Source: Bugula neritina
Lineage: Eukaryota; Animalia; Bryozoa
Assembly: GCA_964035545.1 (NCBI GenBank)
Contig: OZ037767.1
Coordinates: forward strand, 29,590,628 to 29,654,627
Length of the DNA stretch: 64,000 nucleotides
Direction: 5' to 3'
Of the stretch, positions 50,628-64,000 are shown piece by piece. Made by a program: the position numbers and the translations under genes. The notes beneath the pieces are model-generated. The model had not been told where the DNA came from. It worked only from the letters and a program-made list of their open reading frames with translations, and made no database searches. The first letter of the stretch is position 1; every line of letters begins with the position of its first letter.

Positions 50628-53600
50628 TGGGTCATCACAACACTGCAAAGACTATTTTTAAAATTGCTGTTGGGAAGCTTTATTTGTCCCAAAGTCCTCA
50701 CCTGAACTTCGTTTGGAAAGTTTCGTTGGTTACTGTTGTCAAGAGACGCTGATAACAACTCCAGTTTGCTCACTATCTAAGTGTGGTAAAACCCAGTTAA
50801 TTCCCAGGGTCGCATGTAGGCCTGGTCAGGCTAGGGTTTGCCATAATTATATTATATAACACTTGCAAACAATAACATTGTTATTCTTTATCTTGTTGTA
50901 TGTGCATAACAAGTCAATTTTATACTGTAGTTACATTAGAAATCTCTACACATAAACTTCTGAACAAGAATTCTAAGCTATTGTCAGTAGTCAAAGTTAG
51001 GGGATACGAAAGAGTGCACGGCAACCCATAACATTCTGGATCACTGGCTATTATTTGCTGATCATACTGTAGCTGATCAAGTTTTTTATTTTTTTTTAAT
51101 ATCAACTATGAACTTTTAAATGCCCGAGATGGCTTAAAATTAGCTGACAATAAATGATTTATTTAGCTTTTAAATCTAATAGTGTACTTGAATTTGGACA
51201 CTAAGCTTCAATTTATCAAAAGCAATTTATTCATTAAATATAAATACCAAAATTCAAGCAGCACATTTGATAGCTGACTGTTACTTCTATTTTGGTACCA
51301 GTTGGTACCTAGGTCTATATATGCAGGTAAATATTTGTCAAGAAAGTGTCAACATTATTGTAAGTAGTAACTGGACTAGGGAATTTACTTTTTGCAGCCT
51401 GTGAAAGTTGTACAAGTAAGCATTATGGCTCTAGGAGAAGAACAAACAAACATGTTTATTCTAAAGTGAATATATAGCTGCAATATCTTTTAAACCTTTT
51501 AACAAACTCGCCCCTATGACTGTTGGTCATCAGTAAAACTTTTCTTCTTAACAGGATTTGTTGTGGAAGAGAGACAAAAAACTATCTTTCGCAAGATTAT
51601 GGCTCATAATAGAAGGATTAATATGCATTCTATGTTGCAGAGAAGATGGGGTGCTGTAAAACATTGATGTCTCCTATAGCTACACACACTAGAACTAAAA
51701 TAATCAACTAATTCTGCTGAAAATGAAGTTTAATGTTTTGTTCTTTAGTATTTTTCAAACAGATCTTCATTTTGAAAATCTTTCTATACATCAAACTGTG
51801 AACAATGTTGAAGTTTTACCAAGTAAGATGTACACAGATGGTGAGATAGCTAGGTAGCTGCTAAGCCATCATAACCACATCTGCAACAAAAGCAAACAAA
51901 TGTTGCTGCTTTGACTCTAAGTCAACTTCGTACTGGCATCTCTTAAGTCAGCAGTAACCAAGCTCTCTAATCATCCTGAAATAAAGTAAAATTTAACAAT
52001 TATGCAATATGACAGAGTTATAGTTGTATTGATGGAACCTTTGTCGATAAATCCAGTGTGTAAATAATGATGACAACTACCCCCTACAGTTGGTTGAATA
52101 TAATAAAATCATTCTCCCCCCCCCATCCCTCCTCCACTTGTTCCCCCCACCATAATATAGCTAGTATTATGTAACTATCTTTAGCTGTATGTATGCTAGC
52201 ATAGTGCTACCAATTGTTTCAGTAAACTTAATTGCTACTAAATGGAATTCCTTAGTAGTACTAGCATACCACAAATAAATTAGAATAAAAGTTATTCATT
52301 GACTACAGCTAACTTATAATTTTATAAAGATACATTAATTCAATTGTTAATCTGTCACATTTCACATTAATTTAGTATCTTAAGAATTAAGATCTTAAGG
52401 ATTGCTTTCAAGCTGTAGTATGAGTATTATAAGTAATCTTGATTTATCGTTGCGGATCAGATCAGCTGTGACGTGCCCAGTCTTGGTCGTGTCATCGGAA
52501 GTTACTGAGTAGTATTCCTTTAGGATTATAATGACAAGTTTGTCTATCTCCCTTCAAACTATTCAGAAACAGTTATGAGCTTTACTATAAGATGCAGGGA
52601 CAACGTGTTTGCATGTATTTGAAAAGTCTGTATTTCTCTGTATGTTAGATCCCGTAGTTAGAAGCAAGCAGTCTAACAAGTGTTGAATATTAGCACTTCA
52701 TTTCGTTAGACTAGAGAACCAAATGGTGTATCATGATGGGCGGGTAGCCATAACCCATCAAAGATTTACCGTGATTATTAGATCTAATGCGATGTATACA
52801 AATATTATAAAGTATATTCTGTCCACAATTTGAAAAGACAATGAACTAGAATTGCTTTTGAAGATATAGCTAGCAAATATAGTGCCCATAGTAGCAGTGA
52901 AAAAGACTTTTAAAGTTAGCAAAATTGTTGGAAATCCAATAGAGGGTGTGCTATATTTGCAGAAAAAGTGATGTCATAACATGCGCTGCCTTCTAGATTT
53001 TGAATTCTGAATTAATAGTCACATGCAATACGTTGCATGATGATTGACATTAGAAAAATACAGTTGTTAGCTTTAAAAAGCCAGTTGCAATGAAATATAC
53101 TCCAGTTAGGTTACCATAGCTCTAACAGAACACTTTTAAGCTCCTAAAAACAATACAAGTACAGAAATTCATTTAATTAGTAGCCTCAAACCTTTTTAAA
53201 CAAAATAGTAGTGAGATTTCCAGCTCTGCCAAACATTGTCAGTTGGGTAATGGTTATAAAGATGTTACTGATGAGATGAACTAGCTAATATATTTCATTT
53301 CAGTAGACATTATGGCCATGTAACTGCTTACATTTACTTTGTAAATCTTGATATCTGGGTGAACCCACAGACTATATATTATATTATTTAACATTAGCAT
53401 GGGATTACTTGAAAAATGACATGCACTACATTTATTCGTTGCCGGAAAGTCGATTAAAGATAAGTCGTCTCTTTAAAAGTAGCGGATATAATATCTTGGC
53501 TCGTTTTATGTGCTGAATGTATATAATATGTGGGTATTTATACTAAATATCCCTCTGAGCTGTACCATTATACATCGTTTGGAGTATAATGGTACATGTG

Positions 53601-56434
53601 AAACTATATCTGCATGGACAAACTAAGAAATTGACTTCGATTGCTTAAAGGAAATATTATCAAGTATCGATATTAAATAATTAAACATCAGATGACCAAA
53701 AGACTATGTTGTACACTTTATCTGTTGAGTTGACACTTTTTTCATGATATAACGAAACAATGTCATTTTAATTCTTAATGGGCATTTAGCATGCTTCAAG
53801 GTGGCTTGGCGACTCCGTTGTGCAATGTTGCAACAATAGACATTCACTTCGGTCCATGTGTCCAACTATCTCAAGGACTTTTAACTGAAATAGTAACGTA
53901 CTACTATAGCCCAGCCTAGACTGCTGCAGTATTTTTTTCTTACTAAGTTTTGTCCAGGAATCTTCTCTGAATAGTAGTTCCAATTTTGACTACCATTTCA
54001 TTCATAAGGTGAAGATACGCTAATATTATTGCCTGGCCTACAATCATTATAGTTGTGATAAAAGTCATGCATTGAATGAGTATATCTCATGAAATCAAAA
54101 AATCTGAACTGAAGCAATAAAATCAGAATTACAGGTAAATAAAGGCTTCCATGCAAATCTGGTCTCATCTTAGCTAATCTTATTTCTAACAAAAAATGAT
54201 ATTGACAGTCAATGTGTTTACTAGTAATGATTTCCTGCTTATTCTATTCATTTAGCTGCACCTTCTACCTCAGCATATTTAAGTAGTAACTTATGTTCTT
54301 CTATTTAGCAGAGCTCACTAGACAAATACAGGCTGTTTATTAGTGGTAATGTAGGCAAAACCTGTGAGGATAGCCATATTTATCTCTATAGGACTCATAA
54401 TTAAGAATGTAATTAAAAAAGATGCTAGGATTAATATGCTAAGCTAAATGAAATGACGTAGAAGCTGGTAGCAGTATTAAGCTGGGGAAACGATAAGCCA
54501 ACGGCTGTGATAATCTACTAGCTAAATAATGTCTTTAGTGGCTTAGTTTTACAGACGGCCTCTAGATTTATATATCACATCTTTCAGCTTATCTAAAAAA
54601 TATGATTTGATAATCTCTGCAGCTTTAATCTACAGGAAACGTAGTGCTACATTTTTTTGCAACTGTTATTGGAGCAAATTACACAATACGTTGCCGTTGG
54701 ACTCATTTTGCACCGGGCAAACAGACGTTGTGCATGTCACGGAGAAGCTTTTTATTTTTAGAAAGCTTTTGCAACTGGAATTTCATAATCAGCTGTTACT
54801 CAGTTTATAATTATTATATATTTTTAGTTTATATGATGCATGCAGAAAGCTAGCTGGCCTTATAATAGACTACAAAGGAAGAGTTTGGTACGGAGTATAC
54901 TGCCTAGTTATAGTATAATAGCTGACCAGTATTATAAAGCACTTAGCTTAGATTAAACTTTTTTATCGACGCTAGCAACGCCTACTGTTAAGCAGCATTT
55001 CTACCTTCTATTACAGAGACTAAAGATTTCGCCATGATGCAAACCAGGGTTTAAGATTACACCCCATTTTTATCTTCCACTCCTTCTTTTGCAGCTGGGG
55101 CAAAGGTACAAATAAACATAGACAATTGAAATATTGATGGATTTTGCTACTATTGTATTATTTAAATGTTGTTTTAGTTAGAATTTGTTAATATTTGCTA
55201 AATTTTGAACTATGTTTGCAATACAATACTATATATACTGCAATAAGATTCACTATTGGTATTAAATTAGTTTTAATCATTAACATTTGAAGTAATTATT
55301 AATAACTGCCAATTAAAATTTTAGTTGCATATTGTGTAAAAAACTACTTATTAGCCAAGCAGTAAAATAAAGTACTGAAACGAAAGTTAAAATAAAATAT
55401 TGCAAAAAACCTGCTGTAAAATAGTGTGGGAATCTCCACTGAATAATTAACTTACATGGTGTTATATAACTTATTTTATTTTATGCCATTGACTTTTGCC
55501 TTTTAGTTTGTGTAAAACAAGAGACAGAGTAGAAAGCAAATGCATATGCTTCAAGATATAAACTTGTTCTTATTACTTATGATTTCATTTAGACAATAAG
55601 TTGGCAGCAAAGTTCTATATTAACGAACAGACAGACTGTTAATGAAACTCAAGCTATAGATAAAGCTGGGGGTTTGTATGCCCGGTCCATAAGATAATAT
55701 GAAAAACGGTCTATTGGCAATATAATTGTTTCCTCTTTTCCAGGTCACTGATGAGCCCAAAATCAGCATGGGTGTCACAATTTGGCATCAGCACCGTCAT
55801 AAACAATTATGTGCTGACTTAGGAGCTTTAACTCTGGGTTTGTCCTCAGAGTTTACTCCTCGTGTATTACTAAAAGTTAGTGGCCGTTTGAAATAAGAGT
55901 TTTCATTCTCCAAGATAAGCTATCTTTCCAAACTAGTGAGTCACATCTGCCCAAAGTCCCTTCAACTCTTCTTTTAGTAGAAGCAGGTCTGTCAGGCAGA
56001 TATCTACACCTACCCCTAAGTTGGCTAATAGTTGGACTTTTTGTCAGAGGCTATTTGAGAGCATATCTGAGAGTGATAGGTTTTACTCTTTAGACGTAAC
56101 AGCCTTGGAACTTGACATATAAGAGCGAGTAAATGTAGTAAGTACACACAACTCCACACATATTGCTTATAGTTGTTACAGAACTGCATTCAACTGGATA
56201 ACAATTTTAACGTGTATTTTTAATATTTGTATTTTTGTATCCTCAAGGTAAAATTATATACAATTATGGTAATAGTTCAATGATTCAGCAATATTTTTCC
56301 TGAAAGCTACGAGGAAAGACATACCGTTGAAAACTTTATGCATAGCATTAAACAGTTTTGTACTGACTTTTTCACATTTGCAGGTAACTTTGTCACCAAA
56401 GATAAAAGCTATCCAGGTTTTTGGCTATAAGTTA

Positions 56435-56813
56435 AGGCCTGGCCTCACTATCGTGAAAATCACACGAAATCGTCTATTTGACATGAAAAAACGTTCGTAC
56501 GAGAAAATCTGAGGGAATTCAAACGAAATCATTTTTGTTGAGTGTACACAACGATGACGGTGAACAAAAAGTCACAATCGACGATAAGTACCATTTGATT
56601 GGTCAATAGAATTTTAGCAACAGTAATTATTTCATTTCTACCACGTTTCTTTATTAGGCAATTTTCTGCTGTTTGTACCTCGTGCAAGACTCATTCACGG
56701 ACTATTTATTATTTGTTTCGGCCGACGAGTGTGTGGCTGGTCATAACGAGAGGATAACTCACCAAAATCGTCACACGATTTCGTGTGATTCTCACCATCG
56801 TGAGGCCAGGCCT
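56435..56813. mobile_element. 379-bp MITE, PIF/Harbinger (Tourist-like)
   Basis: ~39-bp TIRs starting AGGCCTGGCCTCAC (3 mismatches), flanked by a TTA target duplication at 56432-56434 and 56814-56816. Confidence 0.88.
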
Positions 56814-59800
56814 TTAGAAAAATGTCAGATGCATGATTGATGGAAATAACATAATACCACTTTGTTTATTATTTATCGTTGGTAAATATTGCATAAGATC
56901 ATTCTTCCTCAAAACTTGTTATAATACAGAAATAATTTATCAAGCTGATTGCATAACATCTCTGCAAGAACATAGTGGAAATGTATTGTTTAGAGTGGCA
57001 GCATGCAAGACATGAGCTGCCAGAAGTTTAAACTACCCATGCTCAATAAGTTCAATAAAATATAGATGATAGAACATAATCAGCTGCTTTGTAACAAAAG
57101 ATTGTCTGAAAAAAAATTCAAAGCAAATTATTTATGTTTTATTATATTGCAACATCTACTACATGTGCATTGTAAACTCAAAAGTGTACCTAATCGTGTG
57201 ACTGCTTGTCTCGCAAATTCATTGAAGATTTTTCGCAAACTAACTTGATATTTCTTTAGACTATCTAAGCTATCAAAATTTTACAATTTTGTTTTTGTCA
57301 ACTGTATGAAACTAATACTAGTAGACTTTGATATACACTAGTTGAGTAAACTTATATAATAAGGGCTTATCTAATGACATAAAACATCAACACATATGTT
57401 ATTGTTTACACAGCTGTTCTCCGTCTCTTTATCTTCATGTACTAGCTCTTGTAAGGAGGGGATGATTCTGAAAACTAAAACGGTTTCTTTTGAAGTATAA
57501 CATAATTTGCATTATTGCTTATAAGCAATACTGTCCGGCATTCGAAATTTTACCATTATCAACATAATATTATGTATGGACAACTTCTAAACTAAACTTT
57601 ATCATTGAAACAAAATCGTAAGAATAAATTTGAAGTACACTTAACACTTCTATTACAAGGAAGTTGCAACTGCCAAGTTGAAGATTTTGACTTTTAACAA
57701 AAGACAGTATTATTTCAATTGAAATGATTGACATTCTAAGTTAGCTTATCAAAAGCGTTTTAGCTGCATATTTTGTTTAAACAAGGAAAAGTAGATTTAA
57801 GTCAAAATATCTTTATGTTGCACTGTAGCTAAATTGCTATTCAAATATGTAAATGCTTTTTTAAAGCACTTCGAGTTCTATCTTCTCCTAATCAATTACC
57901 TAATGTAATAGAAAGGAATTTTACTCATTCAGTTGTAATACTGATTCTTGTAAACTAGAAGTGTTTATACTTTTTGGGGTGTTGCTTGCCACAGAATACA
58001 AATGGCTGGTTTTAAAGCTGGTGTCAAACAATACTTTCAACTAAAAGCTCGTGTGGAAGTATCCATTTTGTACGACAGGATAATATATATATCTATAAAG
58101 GAAAAACTAAAAAGATATAATGATCTGTTGACTATAGCTTTTAATACTAGATCATTTATGTTACGGAGCTATATAATGGAAATGGAACTGTAACAGTAGC
58201 TAAATGTATAGAATAGTATTGAGGATTAAAAAGTAATAGCACTAGGAAATGTGATTTCCTTGTGTTACCAGACAATGCCAAACCTAACTACCCACACAGG
58301 TTGTAGTCTCTATTTATCATCTTTAAAAAGAAATACAATAGAAGTTACAGTGACACATAATTGACATGTAGAGTTGACAATACACAATTTATATCTGCCC
58401 ACTCCATTAAAAACTTTTTACACACCTCTACGATTTTTTTACATAATGAATGATATATTAACAATTGTATTTTTATATGACTTTGTTGGTTGAACTGTCC
58501 CAGGCATGCAATAACACAACAATTTATTTGCAATCCTAAATATAATATGATATAATATGATGTTTGATACTTTAAGTGAATTACTTATAGGTGTGCAGTT
58601 TTCATAGTAATTGTCTTCTCTTGTGAACTTCTATGCGTCTGCTTATAATAGCTATGTTATTGAGGTTATTGTAATGCCAGCTGTGCCGTCCAATATCTTA
58701 CAGAATATGTCTAAAAAGTTGTTTACTTACATTAACACACTTTCACTGAAAGTGCATATAAGTTCTTTCAGTAACTTATATGTATTGCAACATTTTCTTC
58801 AAGCTTTTACTCTTGAAGAATATTAATTTGCTAAAATAAATGTTCAGCTAAAAAGACTGCAACTAACTAACTTCCCATTTTTTGATTGCTTCTCTAATTG
58901 ATAGTATATAGATCTCTAATAAATCAGAGTTGCAACTTTAAAATTCCGACAGATTTTCAATTTTCGGTTGCACTTGAAAAGTCGGAAGAATTTCAATATC
59001 GAAAAGACTTAACTTATTCAACACTGCATGTGAGGGTAATTTATAAATAGCAAGTAGGCTACTATTAATTAATTAAAGGAAGAGATTATTAAGAGTGATG
59101 GAATACTTCTGTTAAAGTAAAGAATATGTTCTTTCAATCATGTCCTAATTTTGATCTTGTGGTACATGCTGTACCTTTTATAAAACAAACAATTTTTAAA
59201 TTTGCATATAAAAAATTTAAAAAAGATACAGATTATTGCCATCCAATGCAGTGTAGAGTACTTCTAAAATATGCTGCTAGCGATTACATAATTTGAGTCC
59301 TAAAAGTTTTAGTCAATCAATCACCTAGTGCTCGAAAAGGGTTTTACCTTTATTATACTCTAGTATTATTATCAAAGTATTACACCAAGTCTAATCACAT
59401 AAGGTGATTATTACAAGACATTACGACTTGCATACTTTTCCAAATACAGTGGAAATATTCCACTATTCTCATGATACGTTTTATGAGTCATGCAGCTTGG
59501 TTTATTTCCAGCTTTCAATACAGTTTAGCTCCGGTTCAGTCTAAGCGATATTGTTAGTTTTACACATGATTTCAAAACATACAGCAACACTTTATACTAG
59601 CTTTTTTGCAGTAACGGCTTTTGCTGCTCATTAAATTACATGTATGGGTAACTGCTGAATTGAAATTTCATATCTCAAGCAATATTATTAGCCTACAAAA
59701 CTTAAGGTCCCAAGGCTTATTTCTCTGCACTAACTCACTTCAATATCTGATCCTATTGGTCAGTATTAATCATGATAATTGGCTTTCCTCTATTAGTACT

Positions 59801-61801
59801 AACAAGGGCATGTCCTAAACTGTAATGACATAATATTATATTTGATTCGTCAAAAATGTCTTTCAGCATGTGGTAGCTTCTGCAAGAATTCAAACTCGGG
59901 ATAAAAATGTTAAATTTGCTTTAGGAATTATGATACTATTATAATAGTTATATACAATACTACAACGCATGGACTAAATGCAACAAATAAGCCCAAATAA
60001 CGTTTTATTTTAGATGTTCATTTATAAGGCAGAAACACAAACACTTGCGTCGGCTAATAGCTATAGATCACCTGCTCCTTCCTGACACTAGCTAGCATTT
60101 CCTGACACTAGCTAGCACTTCCTGGTACCTGCTGGCACAACTCATTTGTCTCAGAATAATTACACTACTTTATGTAAAGCCATACAATATAAATTATTAG
60201 CTTGTTTACTCTTCCTCAAAATACTTCTTACTTGGAGCAAGGCTAACTTTTAAAATATTTCTATATTTAGCTTGGACGAATTCCAATTACAGTGATAATT
60301 AAGTGATAATTTATTAGTTATTGGTCATCAATAGTGATTGATTGAAAACAATGTCCTCTTTGTATGAATCACATGATTTATGTTGAGCTTAGAGTGAATT
60401 CTGCCTGGCTCACTTCATATAAGTGACTTTCTATATTTATCCTACAAACCAGTTTTCTAGTTTCGAACACATTAGAATCAAAATAGGCACACAGAAAAAT
60501 ATAGTACTTTGCTTGCAGGATATTTTGCAATCTCTTACTTCTGATTGTCTGTAGATACATTTTTTAATAAATATATTCGGTTCATTTTACTAGGATATAT
60601 TTAAAAATTGACCTTTGCACAGCTTGATATTGAACTGTAATAAAATAATGTTATAATCCTCACTTTTGCATGCATTTTGAAAAAGGGTGTAACTTTTCAC
60701 ACTAAACACTGACTTTGTGGCTTGAGAACATTTCACAACAAAACATTACATTATCTGCAACACTGTGAATAAATAAATTGGCCATTAATTCTTAGAAATT
60801 TCCAAACACTGCACAACGCGTGATGCTATTACCCAATAGTTCATTAAACCAGAAAATATCTAACAGGACAGTCATATAGCAATCTGTTTAATGGTTATGT
60901 AATGGGTTTTTAAACGTATTTTGATTGAGTAACTGGGCCAAAAATAAAACAATTTGGATGAGGTTCACAGGTAGCATCCTACGTTGCCCAATTGCCATAC
61001 TTTTAGGTGCACTACTATTACGCATTATACATAAACAACATTATATATAATGCTTATGAAACAGCTCATTGGTAAGTATTGCAAAATAGCCTCTAAGCGT
61101 GGTACAGATTTTAATCAAGTACACTTTGGCAAATATATTTACACAGTGTGCTTACAATTTCCGCTGTTGAAAGAAAAGTAAATAACTGTACGGTTCTTCA
61201 CCATTAAACAAAGTGTCAAAAAATAAAGCGTTGGAAACAAAATAAAACCCTAGACCAAGTGCCTAAAGTTTTATTTAAAAAAATTATTATAAAATATATC
61301 GGTCAGTATTTACCAATCTGTTGTATTTTGCCTCAATAGATTTCATTTCAATGCTATCAATAATAAATATATATATATATAAATATAATATTATAAAAAG
61401 AAATAAAATAAATGCTCATAAGTATCTGAGAATAAGCATATTGCTAACAAATTGAGACATAGTAATCACATTGTATCTCATGAAAAATGGCATTTCATCT
61501 TAGCATATACAACATTTAATTTCCATCAAAAGCTGTGCTTAAATGAAAAATAAATAAATAAAGAAGAAAAGATACTAGAAAAAAGAAGTACTATATAATA
61601 TGGCAGTTTTTAGAGTTCAGATAGCCAGCGTGAATAGCGAGAGAAGGCAGCTGACAACTCCTAAATACATTGTCATTGCTCAATCATTATATTATAGAGA
61701 CAAGCAATGTCTGTGACATTGCCTATAACCTACATACTTTTAGAAATATCCAAATAGTCTTTATTGCTATAATACACAAATTGCATGAAGCAGCAAAACA
61801 G

Positions 61802-61868
61802 TTTGACTTTAAACTATAAGCTTGAATTTGACTTTAAACTATAAGCTTGAATTTGACTTTAAACTATA
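61802..61868. repeat. 25-nt tandem repeat (~2.7 copies) overlapping the ANKRD42 stop codon
   Basis: TTTGACTTTAAACTATAAGCTTGAA repeated. Confidence 0.9.
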
Positions 61869-63977
61869 GGCCTGGCCCGAGCAGAACTAGGCCTGGAACT
61901 GTTACGACGAATGGGTTCAGAGTCACTTCGCACTCCGCCCTTCTTTCTGTCTTTTTTGCTAGCTGCGTGAATCTTGGCTCTCTGTTTCCTACTCAAGGCT
62001 ACTTCCTCATCACTTCCCTGCTGAAATAAATAAAACTCTGAACAGGTATAAAACTGGGACAGCGTAGAATACGTGATGTCAGACTATCATATCATACTTT
62101 CATCTCACAACTAATAAACGTCTCATTGTTATGAAAAATCCTTTGAATTCATATTAATTATACAATATTATATGGAAGTATTGTTGTTATGAAGAATTAC
62201 ATTTATATTAGAAATGTGTCACGTAAAGGCACCCCTTGCCCAATGATTAGACCGCACACAAGTGCTGGTGATTGTACAAAGCGCGCCGGCAGTTCTGAAA
62301 GGAAATGCACTTTTATGAAAAATGAAAATTTTTCTAAAAAGAGGAAACAAGGTATTATCTCAAGGCAAGGCGACTGCAAAAACCAAAGCCTCAAAAAGAA
62401 AAAAATTACACAAAAAGTTGAAATAGCAGGATTTTACATGAGTGAAGCTGTTATCAAGAGCTCTGTTGAGGTGATTTATCTCCCTCTTGTAGTTGTCCAA
62501 CAAAGCTTCTAGTTTCTCCCGTCTCAGACGCTCATACTCCAGCTGGTCTGTCAGCTCGTTTATTGTTCTGCAAATATTGAACAGATAACTCCTAAAGCTG
62601 CAGTCATTGAATAAACAATATGTATAGGAATGTCTCGCAGGAGCTGCAGTAAAAACTCAACCCAAGTCTCTCAGTTGTTAGAAAATTAATATCTTTACTT
62701 GAATAAATACAAACCTAATGCTGTTATGTAAACATACAATATATTAGTGAGCTGACTATATGACTATATAGCCATAAAAGTGGAATAAAAATTGGCTGAA
62801 ACAATATAATATAAATAAAAATATGTTTAGTTATACATCATAACACAAACATTGCTGACAGTTAATCAATGCATGAGTTATAAAACATGGTAACTATAGT
62901 TTCCAACCACCAATTGCTTATGTAATAATACCATAAAATGTATTTGACAGCTTTGCATGGCAAAATCAAATAAATTGAGTTTGGGGTTTTCAGAGTCCAT
63001 AAAGTATAAGTTGCCTTTCATTAGCAAAATGTTTTCAACTTATTATCATTTACTTACTAATTTATAACACAAATTCTCACAATTTTGTATCAATACTTTT
63101 TTTAAATTTTCTTATTATTGCTAATAGATATACAAATAATATTAAAGTTGATTTTATGAGAGAAATGAAGCAGCCAGATGTAAATTATTGTGTATAAAAG
63201 CCTTAATAACAAATTATACTGCTGCAAAGCTACATGCAGACGTGAACCAAGCAAGTATACAAGTATTCAAGTGAGAAATATAACAAATGTAAAGAGTGCT
63301 TCAGTATGTGTAGTAGTAATATATAAGGAAAGAAAGAATCTAAAACAGTTATAGAATTGAAATGCATAATATACAATAAACTAAGAATAAAAACTTTATT
63401 TCAACAACTTACTCTTGTAGTTTATCACTATGCTGTGTGATATACTCATATCTATGTGTATTATTAAAATGCATTAAGTCATGAAAATGTAAAGGTTTAT
63501 AGCATATGAAACCAGTAATATAAACATATAGTATATACAATTGGTGATAGTAATGACATTAACAAATTGCATGGTATGATCTCTAATAGTCACAGTAAAA
63601 AAGATGTTTTCAGTGTTTAGACAAAACACTCGAGAACTGACAGCATGTAGGTTGGTGTGAGAAATGGTTATATTTGAGTCGACAATGAACCAAATCATGC
63701 ATCAAACATGGAATATATTTTACATTATACTAAAACCGTAAATCTAGATTATTAATTGAAATAGTTTCATGGCAGTCAGAGCGACTTGGCACCCCGTTCT
63801 CCCCCATCCCAGAAAGTGAAATCATTTTTCTACACATGGAGTTGTCTCACCTTTCAGCTTCCTTGACTTCTCTAGCCTTGACCTTGTCTTCATTCAATTT
63901 CCCTCCGAGTTGCCGATAGTTGTTCTTAGCTAAATCTGTTAGTCGTTCGAGCTCATCAATTTTCTTTTTGGCTCTTC
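61859..63977 (-). CDS. ANKRD42: Ankyrin repeat domain-containing protein 42, last three coding exons (5' part beyond the window; missed by the ORF track)
   Basis: Exons 63851-63977, 62438-62567, 61859-62020 (phases 2,0). RAKKKIDELERLTDLAKNNYRQLGG...RTINELTDQLEYERLRREKLEALLDNYKREI matches the ANKRD42 C-terminal coiled coil as recalled (QLEYERLRREKLE); not confirmed by a search. Confidence 0.8.
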
Positions 63978-64000
63978 CTAGACATAAATACGATTGATAA

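Noticed and set aside
55744-55800. CTGATGAG-CCC...GGG as a hammerhead ribozyme (Penelope-type)
   Set aside because: The required GAAA core after stem II is absent and stems I and III cannot be built.

Overview
AT-rich, intron-containing animal genomic DNA; it looks invertebrate, but the taxon cannot be fixed from the sequence alone. Gene models were built by hand from GT-AG sites with matching phases. From left to right: (1) a partial insulin-like prepropeptide gene on the minus strand; (2) a minus-strand cluster of secreted-protein genes that all end in a 6-Cys PAN/Apple-like module: two 6-exon paralogs with an unrecognised ~300-aa beta-rich domain, a decayed PAN relic, and an atypical C-type lectin gene; (3) a 4-exon orphan gene on the plus strand; (4) a 16-exon USP16/USP45 deubiquitinase gene (minus) head-to-head with (5) a TENT5/FAM46 poly(A) polymerase gene (plus); (6) ~20 kb without recognisable genes, holding an 847-bp Mutator-like foldback element, a PIF/Harbinger-type MITE, tRNA-derived SINE-like copies and minisatellites; (7) the last three exons of ANKRD42 (minus). 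The most unusual signal is in the cluster. Two of its three PAN-bearing genes carry a single in-frame stop in the last exon about 30 codons before an intact PAN module, and the PAN core of the two diverged paralogs is identical over 84 bp. This could be a stop-gated or allelic on/off module, or simply recent pseudogenisation or sequence error.
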